Source: Balanoglossus misakiensis (Eukaryota; Animalia; Hemichordata). From it: a DNA stretch of 64,000 nt. The notes beneath the pieces were generated by a model, which was not told where the DNA came from, made no database searches, and saw only the letters and a list, made by a program, of their open reading frames with translations. The position numbers and the translations under genes are program-made. Shown piece after piece: positions 1 to 14,900 of this stretch. The stretch covers positions 1,346,886 to 1,410,885 of the forward strand of contig CM082597.2 of the NCBI GenBank assembly GCA_040954595.2. The letters run 5' to 3'. Every line of letters begins with the position of its first letter. Position 1 is the first letter of the stretch.

Positions 1-2099
1 ATTGCCGAACACCCTTGACTTTCGGGGTAAAGCCACTCGGTGAAATGAAGAATTTCTGTTGCAGAGTTGTTTTCATTCTGTTTACTTCAAATTGTAATTG
101 GATCTAGCATAGTTGATTGTTTTTTGGAATTTAGGGTGTGACACTAGTTGTTTTTTTACACTTGATCATAAATCGTTCCAAAATTCGCTTGAAATTAAGA
201 AATATTTTTCCATTGTAAATTTCATTTAAATTAGCTACGTAGGTTGCTCTTACATTATGAAGGATGTTGATTTCAAAGAGGCCACTGTTTTTGGATCATT
301 GACTATATGGGTCATGTTTTACGGATCTGCTTCTAATTTACAAACCAACAAGGCGATAACACAAATGAAGAGAATTTGAACAAAGGCCAGACATTCTTAA
401 AATTATCGGCATCCAAAATTAGCAGAGAATTCACTCGTGCTAGATTAGCCAACCAATCACCCCAGCTAAACAGGAATGTTTTACTGTACGCCAATAAAAC
501 TCAAGGTATGCTCCATAAATGATGTCAATTCAATGCTTTTATGTTGGATATGGAGACATTGAGAATAGTACAATTAATGGATGATAAAAAGTTTCCATGG
601 AAACACCACAGTGTCAAAAAAGGATGAAATATCACAAAAGAATGAGAATATGACAACCTTTGTATTAGTCGCTCCTTGTCCTCAGAAAGTAGGACAACTA
701 TAGAACGGGAATTATGAAATAAAAATAGAAAGGAAAAATAGCATGATTTCACAACAACAGCTGACATCTCGTGTCAGCAAGGGGTCACAGAGAGAGAGTG
801 TACCCCCAATGATCAATCTTTCATTCTGTCACCTTGTACTGAACTCATTTCATAATCATTTGAGGGTACAGCTAGATGAGAAGCATATTTTATTATTTGT
901 TCAGAGAAATATGTGGCATAAATCTGTAAATATGGACCAAGAGAGTGAGCGTACATTTTCTTAGCTCTGTGTGTATCAAAACAAGCAACATTTTAAACTC
1001 CCATGATGCATCATTGAGATGGCTAAGATGAAAGTGTGGCAGATGAATACAGTTTTGGTTTTGAAGTTTCTGTGGACTGAATCTAAAGAAACGCAACCAT
1101 GCAAATCCCACTGTACTTCAAAATTCCTAGTATTCATCTATTTAAATCAGTCGAGTGTTTTGCATGAACACTGAGGGTTGCATAAACACTGAGGCTTGTA
1201 ATAAAAGTTTACATGCAAGTTATGGTTCTGCATTACTTTTAAGATGGAGCTCTGTGACCTGTTCCGTCCAATCATGTCGCCATGTTGATGTGTTAATATA
1301 ATTTGCCGCTGCACACATGCAATAACAGGTGACGGTACACTTAGTGGCACCACCATATTTGATGTCAATTTTCACTTTCCAGGGCCTTGATACAGCGAGC
1401 AAGCTTCCATTATGTTCAGTTTCCATTTTAAAGAGTGAGGGTTCTCTTTGTGTGGTGAAGTACTTATGGGATTTGCCTGCATGGAGGTTCTGCCCAGCTC
1501 ATGATATTCAAGGCTTGTGTGACATCACCGTTGCTAGGGTAACAGACTCCGCCATTTTAAGTATGACTGCATCAACGTGTGTGCACGTAACCTTCATCGA
1601 CACGTCTGCAATAAAAACCTAATCTTGCCTGTCTAATAGAGTTAAAATTTGCCTGTCTGATGACGTTAATATGAATCTTGTTTTTTCGGGGGGAATGTAC
1701 AACTGGAGGGACATTTTGAACATTTTAAATTTATTTGCGTTGGTTGGGGATCCATATTGGATTATTGGGATTAAACAAACAAAAAATAACAGGTTGTTTA
1801 TTAATTTTTTGAAATGTTAGAAGGATTGAGACAGATAAATGTGAAGCATTGATTAAACATAGAGGAAAATATTCTTGTGAAGTGTTGACATCACTAGAAA
1901 TGTCAAGGGTTGGATGCTGTTGAACAAACACTCTGGTTACTTTGGTGTGTGTTCTGAAATTGGTCACATGGCATGATTTGATTATTACACTATCCATCAA
2001 TTCACAATGGACCAAGGTGGTAAGCCCTAATCGGTTAAGTCAACACAAACCCCATTCATTGGTGCGGGACCCCTTCCAGCCCAGACGCTGACCCATATT

Positions 2100-2377
2100 C
2101 CGGCCATTCTTCGCGAATTGAATACAGACGCTGGTTAAAAATTCCAGACACGACTATCGTGGCTATCTCAGTAGTGCTGTGGCTCGTTTGCTGGTGAGAT
2201 AATTTCAGTCTGCGGGTTTTCTGTGAGTGAGCAAGTACAGTAGCGTTTCTGTCTCTGCCAACGGGGGAAAACAGCGGAGTTTGGAAACCACAGAGTGGCC
2301 TTACGGGATATATACCCTCACAAGGAGTTCGTTGCGTGAAATTCGAAGCAGTTGATCCTGAAATCACTACGGACCAT
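2100..2377 (+). promoter_or_regulatory. Putative promoter and non-coding first exon of gene A
   Basis: Locally CpG-rich stretch ending in a good donor (ACCAT|GTGAGT at 2378). The ATG exon at 5964 starts at an acceptor (tttgtttcag), so an upstream UTR exon is required. Start coordinate is approximate. Confidence 0.4.
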
Positions 2378-5300
2378 GTGAGTCGAGTTTGTAGGGTGGT
2401 TGCAACTGATTTCGAGTATGTTGGCGTGTGTGTGTCAGATGATTTCTGAGGATAAGATGATATTAGATCAGATCAGATTTGATTTGCGTTCACCAGTGGT
2501 GCAAGAGGTCTCAATACACTATGATTTCACATGTACGTTGTACTTCATGTGTTTGGGCGTATCAATCAGTCAATCATGCATCGGTACAACCGCATCGATT
2601 TTTACTTAACACGTAGACATCAACATGTGCTGCACTTGTCTAATGGCAAGCTTTTTTAGTGCAGTTGAAAGGTGGGTAATGCAAAGTTGAAAATATGTTG
2701 TAGCAACACTGAAGAAAGTATTGCTATGCATATAAGACATTTTGTGTGTTTTCTATCCCGTTGCCCCTGTAGTACGTTTTAAAAAAGGCTGCTTGAAAGA
2801 CGACAAGGTTAAACCACTTCACCCCAGGGTCCATGGATTGTTTGCCGCCAAGCGGTCTTATCATTGTTGGGGAGGGGGGAAGGGGTTAAACCACAATTTA
2901 TGGCTGAGAAAAAGGTCAATGAAAACATGCCATAACACATAGCTGTGTTTGAGAGAGTGGTACAAGCACAGGTAAATTTGCAGTTATATCAGTTATAGTA
3001 TTAATAACATGATTTGGTTGTCAATTTCTTTGGCTGCTTTGTGTACATTTCCCTGAGCTTATACAGGTACACCCTCAGTGATTTATGTTGTTGTTCAGGT
3101 TTTTAGAAAACCATCACAATATCAGTGTTGATGTGATGTTTTAGAATGTCTGCTTGGAGAGAGTGGCTATTCTTGTACTGCAGCTTTTTAGCTGTGTGTG
3201 TATGATGGTTATAATTACTTGGAGTTTGAAAATATTCTTATTCGAAGCAACTGTTGGAAGTGTTTGGACATGCCCAATCACAGATTGGGACTCTATAATT
3301 GGATCAGACATTTCCATGTGAAAGTAACGGCCATTGTTATGCAAATGAGTGTACATAAGATATGCTAATTGGATTCATTGATAAACCACTCTGTGATGTC
3401 ATTTCAAAGGAATCCATGTGTGTTTCAGCCATTTGTAAAAGTCCCTGAAACCCATTTGTGACTCGACAAACAACCTTGTCTTCAGTCAGCAGCGGAACGA
3501 ACCTAACACGTGTTGCATTCTGGCTGAAAGGTACAATTTTGGCGTTTGTTGCCTTAACTGAAAGTTACAACTTGGCATTCTTTTCTGTCGGGATTTGGGA
3601 ACACACATAAAACCAAGGAAGTTTCACCATTAAGGTATGATTACTTTCTTTGTATGGTTCTGGACTCGGTGAATAGACATGTTGGGATCTCATAAAATGA
3701 TTGTGGAGTCCCTAGCACTGAGATTCCCTCGTAAAATGACTGCTGTCCCCAGCACTTGGGGTTCCTGGTAACAGTAACTGCGTACTGTCAAGTACATAGA
3801 GCTAGAACTTTGTAAACATGGATGTAGCACTGTACTTCTACTTCAACGTCAAGGTGTTTTTCACTGGTGTAAACCAACTGAACTGTTATTGACCTTCGTC
3901 CTAGATTTTTCGTATGATTGATCTCATTCCAGCATTTGTTAAGTCATGTCCTTTCAAGTATTTCCACCCATGATGGTGACATTTTTCTTCATCTTGGACA
4001 TATCCTATTTTCAAACCATTATCAAAAGTGAAAATGAAAACCACATACTGTGCCTTGTCAGTGTGGACATGAAACGTCAGCAAGACATTCTTCTCTTCTG
4101 AGGACACTCTCCTACAAGACTGAGTGCATGGTACGTTAGCTTGAGTTGATGTAGAATTCTGTGAACTAAATCAAGCTTGAAAATACAAACATTGTACTTT
4201 TCACACAATCCATTGGTGACTCTAAAATAAACACAGACTTTGCATGTGACTAGTTGTCCTACAAAAAACCCCAAAGATTGATGTGTCCTGGACTTGTTGG
4301 CTTTTACTAATCATGTTAAGTTGAAGGACATTTCTTGTGTCGATCACACACAAATATAGAAGCAGATTAAATTCACCTTCACCCATGAAATGTGCAAAGA
4401 TATGATGTACATTGCAACAAACTTTGCCCCTGAAATGTACATGGTTGAATCGTACACATAGCTTGACAAACACTGCACGAAATACCTAGCAGTAACTTCG
4501 ATAATTCCCAGTGCAACATTGCTCTTTTTCCTGCGAATAACGGCAGTAAACGTTTTATCAGTGTAGCAAGATAGTTAGCACAGCATTATAATGTCCAGGG
4601 GCTGATCATGTATTGGTTCATAAAACACTGATCAAATCTTATGATTCCTCAAAGAAAATAGATATTTGTAGAGAAGATCCTGCCAGCTTTTAGGCTGAAG
4701 AAAGTGAACTTTTGTCACCAGTGTTCTTGTTAGAAAACATTTAAAAAACAGTGGGGCGTGTTCGCAAACATGTAGTCTTTGTAGCCATAAATATTAGCCA
4801 AGCAATTGTAAAGTTTATAAATTTATGTCCTGAGATGACCCCCGCACGTTTAATCCTGTAAAATAAACAACAGAGGTGATGCATGATAGAAGACAGGGCA
4901 AAGTCTTGAGAAGTTTATTAGACTTGAGGCTGGTATACAAGTTCCATAGTGCAGGACTAGTTTTCAAACACAGCGTGCATCCAAAAAAGCAAAACCAGGT
5001 TGAACTGTGAATTTCTTGTTTGTTAATCATGTGTATCCCCCCCTTCAGGGTGTGTTCATTGAACTCAAATGGTGTCACAACCCGATGTTTTTCCTGTTCT
5101 GTCGCAAACAGACAGAAACCACTGACAGCTTTTCATTTGAAGACACCCTAATCTCCCAGACATCAGATATTTTCCTCTAAGATTGTGCGTGGTCTGGTAA
5201 ATATGGTCTGGTGAAACTTATCCTTTAAACTCTATGTTTGTGGTCCTTCGAAGTGATACTGATATATATAGCTTATAGCTTTTTGTGTATGCCTGTATGA

Positions 5301-5984
5301 AAATATCTCGTCTCTTGAGTTCATCTGCTGTGCTACTCCGCAGTAGGAGAAAAAATTGATATAAATGGAAAGTTATGTGATGTAAATGTTAATGTTACTG
5401 ATCACTATGACCTGAGCACCTCAATTTTCTGTTACGCAGTTGATGTCATGACTCTTGGAATCAAATCCCAGCACATAATTTGGTGGATTGTCCTGTGGTC
5501 AATTTGATATCAAGACTTGATAGATGAAAGTATTCTCCTTGAGGCGGAGTTCTGTGTGGTATAATCAGCGTTTCTGAAAAATTGAGAGAGAATATTTTGA
5601 AAGTAACCACAGTTGCTTTGAGTCGAACAGTCAGAAACCATTTTCGTTGGTCAAGTTTTTTTTGGGGGGAACCTTCATCTTCATCTGAGTTCCAGACTCC
5701 AGTGGAAACTTCTGTGATATCCACCACAAAAAGGTCGGATTGTAATACGATATTTCCTCGGATGACAGCACAGGTCATAAGATCAAACCTGTTTACAACA
5801 GTTTAAATTTCTGATTTCAAATTACCAGTGCTGTTGTTAGACTTTATTTGGACTGGAAATCGCAGCTCGGTCCTAGGAATCGTGCAATTAGTAGACAGAA
5901 TGATGCCGTAGTTTCTAACTTGAGTGTACTCACTGTTTTGTTTTGATCTTTGATTTGTTTCAGATTGTCTGGTAAAAGTTCAGG

Positions 5985-8900
5985 ATGGATGTACTGAAAT
6001 TATTCCTGTTGTGTCTCTTGCCGCTTGCAGGTAAGTAGTGATTTCGTGATGGGTACTAATATTGTCTCATCCTCAGCTTCGTATTCGTATGCCCCGCGAG
6101 AATCTCGCAACTCGAGTATTCTGCTATTCTGTTACATGTCCTAATATCTCTGCTCTCTCTTATCCACACAGCGTTTTCTCAAGATGCTTCGTTCGTCTCT
6201 CATCCAGTCGACACACTTGTACAAGTTGACAACGAGGTCGTCTTCGATTGCGTCTTTGAAAACGTGGGAGAAGGTTTCGTATCGTGGTATAAAGGAGCTG
6301 ACATTCTCTACAGAGGAAGTGCTGCTGATCCCGATCTCTACAAACCGGATGATTTTGCAGCTTGTTGCGAGCTGAGTGGTGATGCTAGCTCCGGAGATTT
6401 TTCTCTGAGAATTAAACAAGCAACGTATGATGATTCCATGGCGTGGAAGTGTTCGTATACTGGTGGAGGCCAAATCATGGAGGAACATGGTGTTCTCACT
6501 GTTCTTGGTATGTGCCTACTTTCCAAAATGACACCTCACGCTCTTTGACATAGCAAAGAAATTCAAAAGTCCGGACAAATCTCATGTTTCCAACCCCTCC
6601 TGAAATCAAATGGTTCTCCCCTTAGCTTCAACGTAGTTGAGGTATGGTAACATATTTAGAGACAGCTGTATAGTATATTATACATCAAAATGGCAAATGT
6701 CAAATGTGTTTGTAATGCCAAGTTGTTCAGCTTTTGTATCCAGGGACTCAAATAATCTCAAATTCCATATTTTCAACTTTTATAGAAAAACAACATCTGT
6801 TGAATCTTGTGCTCTTAATCGAACATGTATAATTAGTAAATATCATGACTGGTATCTCATGGCAAGCACTCTTTGTCTCATAAATATATTAATCAACTTG
6901 AAAAAAAAAATTGAAAACATGTTGTGTAATAGTGCCAGAATTCCAAGGTCAGCATAGAAATTCGGATTACCAGTATGACGCTTACATATGCAAAATTGAC
7001 AAAACGAAATCAACATTGAATTGTTTTATTGAATTCTTGCTAATCTTTGCTTTTCTTGCAGCACTGCAGAAATTAGACGAGATGATAGTAGACACTAAAA
7101 TAAGAACATTGAGATAATCATCTTGTACTCGTATCTTAAGAAGCCAAATTGAATTTTATAAATTATGCGGCTGCATACGCAACCAACAAAAAGAATCTAC
7201 AGCGTCTTCGTTCTTCTACAGAAGCAGTATATCATTGTGGGCACCTTCTAGTAAATGTTGATTCGCAACTGCCCTGTCATTCAGTGCCGTGAATATTACT
7301 ACATCTCTCCATCTCATGAAATTTGTCAATATTTTTTTATCACAAGCTCATTTCTTCTCAGAGATCACAAATATTTTTTCACATAGTTCATCAAAAATAC
7401 CAGAGAGTCTAATTGAAGTGGTATTTTTTTCAATTTCAATGCCTGCTTGCTTTCCTTGCTGGTGTTTTTCCCCGAGCTGGATGTATCGAAAATCCTCCCA
7501 TGGCCTCATGCCAGTATTTAGCCATTGAAATGCTTGTTTGCAATTGTGTTTTATGTTGCATTTCTTTTACAGCGCACAGAACAGACGTAGTCCAGTGTTA
7601 GCTTGTAATGTCGCTTTCATTTTGTATCCACGCCTGTTACAACTCAATCATGCTTTTCTGTATCTCGTATTTGTGTTGGTGTGTGTTGTGTTCCCCGGGA
7701 CCTGGATGCTTTCTTTGTGAACAAACATGCGTGTAGATTTAATTCTGCAGACAAAGAAGGTTTTTTTTTTGGCAACAGCTGGAAAGCTTTTCAAAACTGT
7801 GGGTCTTACCCAATTTTATATACCCCCGTTCCTTATTGGTATTCTGGTCAAGTCTGTTTGTTTGCGGTGCTCTCCTCTAAATAGAATACTCCCATTGTCT
7901 CCATTGTGTTGTACAATTACAGCTTGGATAATACTAGCCAGTGACTATGTGTGTATGTCCCAGCAGTTAGAATGGTGACGTGTAGGCCATGAAAGCTGAT
8001 TGGAACAAATCTTGATTATAATTTGACACCATGTACATGTACGCAGTGTGCTTGTAACATTTTTGAAAACTACCATACTTCAGTATGCCAATCTGCACTT
8101 ACACGTTCCATAACAAATTCTCACGAAAAGTTTACAAAAAAAAATGTAACAACATGTCTAGCCCCTTCAGTAGTCGCTGCTACTTTTTGATCTTTGCCTT
8201 TCTTCCACTATTGGTCGTATCCTAAAGGGATCTTTGTCCAGTAAGCCATCACTTGAGAATTGTGAAGTTCCATATGGCAGGCTGGAAAATGTGGGACGTG
8301 CGAGTATCAGTTACACGTAGAAAACAAGTATGGCACTGTCTTGTTAGTGTCAATATAACAAGGCTGTGATTTGGAGCTGGCAGTGGATGTTTTACTGCGT
8401 CTAATAAACGTATGCCAGAAATGTGTCTCTAATCAGGGCAACCGCGGCTGTAAAATGATCCGGCATGTACTGAACTGGGAATGGTGCTGGGAATGACAGG
8501 CGTTCTACATGTTTGCAATCCGCAGAGGTCAAGTAAAGGTCATCTTGTGTCGTTTTCAGTCGTTTTGTACGTAGTTGTTGATTTGCAGAAGCATTAGGAT
8601 GAGAAACATTGATTTTATTTATGAAATGGTACATGAAATACAAAATAAAACAAAATTAAGACCTGCAAAAGCCGAGGTATGAGGAAAGATTCAACAACTG
8701 AGATTGACTTGCGTTATCCATGTAAAGTATGTTGATGAAGTGTTTATGCGCGGCCTGTTTGCAGATGACTCAAGGTCAAGTCTTTGGGAAATTTGTCGTG
8801 AATTGTAAATTTTAGACTCTGGGGAGAAAAGGGAGAGCTTTGACAGTTTAAGGCCGGCAAGAGTGATGACCCCATTATTTCCGAATATTCTCCTGTGATT

Positions 8901-11900
8901 CACAAGGATTGTTTCCACACCCTGCGCAAGAAAATTTGCATATGTAATTACCTTATTTGCATAGGTAATTGCTTGAGTGATTACTTCAGAAAATTTGGTG
9001 AACTCAATATATATTTCAAACCAGGTTGTATGTCATCGGCCATGTTAGCGTATTCAGCTAGAAATTTGTGGCAAAGGTCATAGCGATTGTAACATGTTGA
9101 ACGTATGTGCCCATCAATAGTGGTTAGACGAAAAGCATAAAAACATAAAATGGGGCCAACATGCGTCAAGGAATTTCAGTGTTGAGTCAAGACGGTTGTA
9201 AATTATGGATGTGACCCAAATATTTGCCGTTTTACGACTGAAATCATAGCAAGGGAGAGACGAACATGCTGAATTATTCGTACTTGCTATTTTGGCCTTG
9301 TGAAAATAAAACATATGGTGATCTTTGCTGGAGGAATATTTTGATTGTCAAATAAAATTATATCAGCATGTCGGAAATCATAATAAAATTGATGAAGGGA
9401 AGGTTAGTTGGAGCCAGAACCTTTCCGATCAATTTACTTGCGTGAGTTTTGTGTGATTTAATCGAATTCAGATTTCTTTATGCAAAGTGGCATGAACATT
9501 TCCACACTACACATATAAAATACACATCTCATTTCCAACCCGTCTTCTTGTTCGTATAATTTCATTGCGGCTCTAAATACAGAACATGTAATTCAAACCA
9601 ACCATACTTCAATCAATGCTACTGAGTACCATGATGAAACAGTAGCTGTGTGTAAAATTGTATACAATTGTTGTAACGAGAGTCTCTGGTTTGGCACATG
9701 CTTATAAGATGATCGCCACCCTTTAACTTATTCCTTCTTATCTTCTCCGTCCAACAGACCCTCTGGATTGCGAAGTGGTCGATGGAGCTGGCACACAAAA
9801 CGACGCCGGCAGCTACCAGGTGATTGAGGGAAACACCAAGGAAATGAGATGTATGGCTGACGGAACTCCACCAGCTGTTCTCGTGTGGACTAAGGATGCG
9901 GTTGATTCCGAGGTGTCTGGAAATTCACCTCTTTCCTGGGAGCCAACATTCATGGATGAAGACACAGATGCTGTGTTCGATTGCCAACTTCGCCACGAGA
10001 CATTGGCTGAACCGATCACCTGTGCAGAGAGTATATCTTTTGATGTGCAATGTAAGTTCTATTTGTTGACGAACTCCGCAAGACCCTGCGAGATTGAAAG
10101 CGGTTTGGTAATTTATACGGAAAGAAATTCTTATGTCCCAGGACAAAACCAACTCATGAAAATGTGATTAGACACTGAGGCTTTGACTGTTCTTTTTTTC
10201 TTTTCAGTCAAACCAATTCTGAAGGTGGATATAAACGCTGACAACAAAGATGGAAAGGTGATTGAAGGGAAAAGTTTCACTGCTGCATGTATGGTGGTAC
10301 GGGCGAAACCAGAGGTCACCGGGGCTGGTCCAACATGGAGTACAACTGTAGAGGGTGCTCTACTGGATGGGACCAATTTGCTGGCGTTGGATGCGGTGAC
10401 ACGAAGCCAAGCTGGTGACTATGTATGCTCAGCTGAGAACACTTTCTTTGATGGATCTGTGGGGAAATCTGAAGAGACCGTCTCTCTCGATGTTCAATGT
10501 AAGTATTTGTATGTGGTTTGGACTTGAATCTTTGTCATGGAATACCAGTCTTGTACTCCGGGAAAATCATCCAGTATTTAGAAGCCTCTCCTTGGAAGTC
10601 TTTGAAAGTTCTGGAAAATTGAAAATTACCCTCGGAAAATCCTGAAATGTTGAAAAAATTCTGATTATTGCTTTTGGACTTATTAGACCCACCTGTCCTC
10701 ATACTGGAAGAGACCCGAACAGTGAAAGTTGGTGAACAAGTTACGATCGATTGTGCTGAGGGAGTTACTGAAGCAAATCCAGCCCCAACGGAATTCAGAT
10801 GGATCCGGTTCAACTCGGATTACCAGACGGCTCCAGCCTTGCAAATTGATTCCGTGACCAAAGACGACAAGGGAATGTACAGCTGTGAGGCAACCAGTGT
10901 CTTCTATGATGGAACCCCGGAAAAGGCAACTGCTAATGTTGAACTCCTTGTAGAGTGTGAGTATAAAATACTTCAGATCAGTCATTAGCTATGGCAGAGT
11001 GTCTTTGTTACGAGCTTAGATAATTTATCTGTGTTGTTTTTTTGTACAGATAAACCGGAAGTGACAGTGTCGTCTCCAGTGGCACTGAAGGTCGGTGATT
11101 CCCGGGATATTGAGTGCAACGTGGATGCCAATCCGGCTGCAGAGACCGTCCAGTGGTTCAAACTTCCAGACACGGACACACCAGTCTCTGAAACAAGCAC
11201 CCTGTCTATTACCGACGCTACAATGGAAAGTGCTGGCCAGTACAAGTGTCAAGCCAAGAATACTTTTTACGACGGAGAAGGGGCCGTGAATGATGAAAAC
11301 AATGGCATAGTGGAAGTGCTTGTACAATGTAAGTTTATCATCATCTTGATGTTCTTAACCTTTTCTCTATCATAGTTCAGTTGTTTTCTATAATAAAGTT
11401 GTACCTGATTGAGACAGAGGTGGAAAATTTTATCTGCTTCGTCAAAATTATTGGATAAGTTGTAGAAAATGTGCCAAAAATGGGGAAATTTTGCATCTGC
11501 ATTTTGGTGGGAAACTTACCTTTCTTCTTTCTTTGTGTGTCATAGTTATGTCCGATGTTACACTCAGTGGACCCACAGCTGCAGTGACCGAAGGCGCCAA
11601 ACAGATCGTTCTGAACTGCTCCGTAGAAAGTGTACCCGAACCGTATTTATACAAGTGGGAGTTTGTGAACAAGGAAGGTGTGACAGAAACCCTTTCCGAG
11701 ACATCAGATACACTGAACCTCGGCATGGCTTCTCGTACACATGCTGGAACCTATACCTGTACTGCGACGACTATGTTCTATGATGGCGAAGAAGAGACCA
11801 AGACCTCTGAATCTCTGGATGTTTCTGTCAAATGTAAGTAAAGTTGCTTGATTAAAGAGCTGCCACTTTCTGTATTATTTTCATGATATGATCTGTGACA

Positions 11901-14900
11901 TAACTCTGCAAGATTCCTCAAGACTTTGATGTATATTTATCTCATGTTGAAAGAATATTTGATTATTTTATAATCATGCATCTTTGTTTTATTCAATCCT
12001 AGACAAACCGGACATCACAAACAAAGAAGACAAAATGGTTGCCGTGGAGATTGGAGCCTCTGCCAAGTTGGTGTGCTTAGCAAGCGCTATTCCCGACCCA
12101 GTCTTTTCCTGGATCAACTCGACCGGAGGAGAGATCAAGAACGTCGAGAATAAATACACCATCGAGGAGAAATACGAAATGGGAGTGTTCGAGAATACCT
12201 TGACTATCATGGACATCGTCCAGGCAGATTACGCTTCATATGAATGCCAAGCTGTGAATGATATTGGAGTGGATAGCCTCAGCATTGAGCTTTCCCCAGT
12301 CAGTAAGTACTTCCATATATCCTATTCTAGGATCAGATTTTCCCGGGAATATTCAGGCGTAAAAATTAGGAGTACCTGGAAATACAGAATATCCAAATTG
12401 TTTCAATGTAAAATGGTTGAATGTACTTTGTTTAATATCAACCTGGTAGATTCATGTTTGTCCTAGAACTTGGGTATGGCTAAATTTCCTCTCTAGAGTT
12501 AGATTACGTCTGTCCAAAAAATCTTGTGTCTGTTATAGGGAACTCTAACCCTTTCAATACTGTGGTCCAGTCCAAATCCATTGTTTTCTATCGGGAGGTT
12601 GGACCTCTATAGAGGGAACTGGGGGTGAAAGGGTCAAATAAAATCAGTTCAAACCTGATGTGTTTCTGATTTCAGCTGTACCAGAGAAACCAGTCGATGT
12701 GACTGTTGTCAGTACCCATCATTCTTTGGAAATCACATGGAAGGCCGGTTTCAACGGAGGTTCCAAGCAGTCGTTTGTTGTGGAATTGGTGAACAAGAGA
12801 AACCAACAGACGGAAAAAGCCGACCCCATCCCGGAAGACGGCAGTGAGATATATCAGCATCTGTTTACTGGTTTGGATGCCAATGGGGAATATGTGATTA
12901 GAGTCACGGCAACCAACCCTAAGGGAGCCTCTGAGACAGAAGAGTACTCGGCCAAAACAGAAGGTTGGTCTTTCTCATTCTATTTCACCGATAGGTTACT
13001 GAGAGTCCAATAATGTTTCATCCACTGTGGAGACATGATGAGTGAAACAAAAGTTGCTTGCAGCAAAGAATTTGGTTCAAATGAATATCCAAAGGTCCAA
13101 AATGTACAAATATCTTTACATTATTATTCATCTATTTTTTTGGTGGGGCTTGGTCTCGTAAGGTTGCTTGTGATTGGCCAGTTCAACCAGGTGTACAACA
13201 GGTGCATGAACCCTGTAACCTGGGAGGATAGGTCTTCCCTTTGTCTCCATTTTTTGTGTGAAGTTTCCTGTCTTGTCTTTCTCTTAACTTCTCCGATTTT
13301 CCTTTTTTTCCTTCACCCTATTTTCTTCCATGTATTCTATGTGATGTTATGACCTTGCACTTGTTTCTGTGTGTGACTAGATAAGCCATTTACAACAGGT
13401 AGGTCGTGACATCTGCCCCAGGTGTTTCTGAACACTTAAAAAGCGGTGTTGGTTAGCTATAATACAAGTTGCCTGTTGTAGTATATTTGCTGACTCCACT
13501 AACGGCCAGAATGTCAAACCCAGGACATTTAATCCACTAAACATTTTGCGCTTAGTCCTTAGTCTTCCCAGGGGCTTGGTGTTAGTCAAATAGTTTCCCA
13601 ATAATTCCCTTTGTGTAGATTAGGCTAGAGTTGATGCTAATATTGTTCTAAGCTAACATTTTCAAAAACGCAGTTTATATCTGGTTGCTAGTGTTGACTG
13701 ACAGCTAGTTGCTGCAGTCTTCATTGGGGACCATGACTGTAATTGTTGAGAATTTTTTCATCGTTTTTTTTTGGTTCTTTACGTCACTTCATTGCACCAG
13801 CCACAGGAGCTGTAATCGTCTCATGTGCATGTGCGTAATTTCTTGTGTCAACGCATTCAAATAGTGGACTGTCTTCGCTTCCTTCCATACTTCACGCGCA
13901 CCAAAAAAGTAGACCTAAGTTTTGTCCCGTCATTTCACCCAATTTGCTGACTTTTCTCAATCTCCGTCACAGACTACGGCCGCCGCCATCTTGTCAGTTG
14001 TTAGGACTGTTTTTGTAACCAGGGTCTCTGGTTTGGCACATGTGCATAAGACGATCAGCGCCTTCAAAATGCCCACTTTGCTGCTTGTCAACATAGCCTG
14101 TGTCGACAAGCATTTCATCATGCTTTTTACATATTCAAACAAGAAACTAATTGATACAAAGAGAAAACAGCTAGACTGACATCTAAAAACATTCATCTTG
14201 ACCCTCTTTGTTTTATTTTCACAGTTCCACCCAAGGAAGGAAAGGCCGCGAAATCCGGTGCAACTACAGTTATCATCGTCGTGGTGATCATTATTCTCCT
14301 GCTCATCATTGTCATCATTGTCGTGGTGATAATTGTCTTGAGGAGAAGGAAAAGCAATACTTACAACACACAGAAAGGTATGTGTCTTCACCTGGCTGGG
14401 TTTCTACTCTACTTGGCCATTTTCATGACTTCATATCCTGGTATTTCAGTGGTTAGAAACTTCAACGTACTGATGCAAAAATATTGGTGTGTCTGGTTGT
14501 GTGTGTGTGCTACATTCACTGTATACCGGAAGTACAATATTGTTTAGTTTTTCGACAACTGTATATATAAAAGACATGGAAACTATTGAAGTGTATGATA
14601 TACCTGAAAATTCGTGGCGTTTAATACTTGATTTTTTTTCCTTTCATCAGGTGAACAAGTCGCAAAGTAAGTCGAAATACTATTTCAATTTCTGTTTGCA
14701 ATGTAACTGTTTTCGATACATCTTGATCACAGATCAAACTTTTCCTATGTTACAAATGAAATACATTTCTGAAGTGTAGGTTGTGAACAATTTAAAATGA
14801 CACAATTTTTTTTTTTTAATCAGGCCACTAGATGAAGAGGTTCCACTGAACGCCACGGAAAACGAAAATGAAAAAGGTAAGAAGTCCTTATCAATCTCAA

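Noticed and set aside
9681-14075. Shared ~40-bp motif gtctctggtttggcacatg..ataaga.gatc at ~9683 and ~14024 as a splicing element
   Set aside because: Only two imperfect copies; more simply a dispersed repeat fragment.
13957-14391. 144-aa minus-strand ORF with HHDNDDND repeats
   Set aside because: Antisense shadow of the Ile/Val-rich TM exon of gene A.
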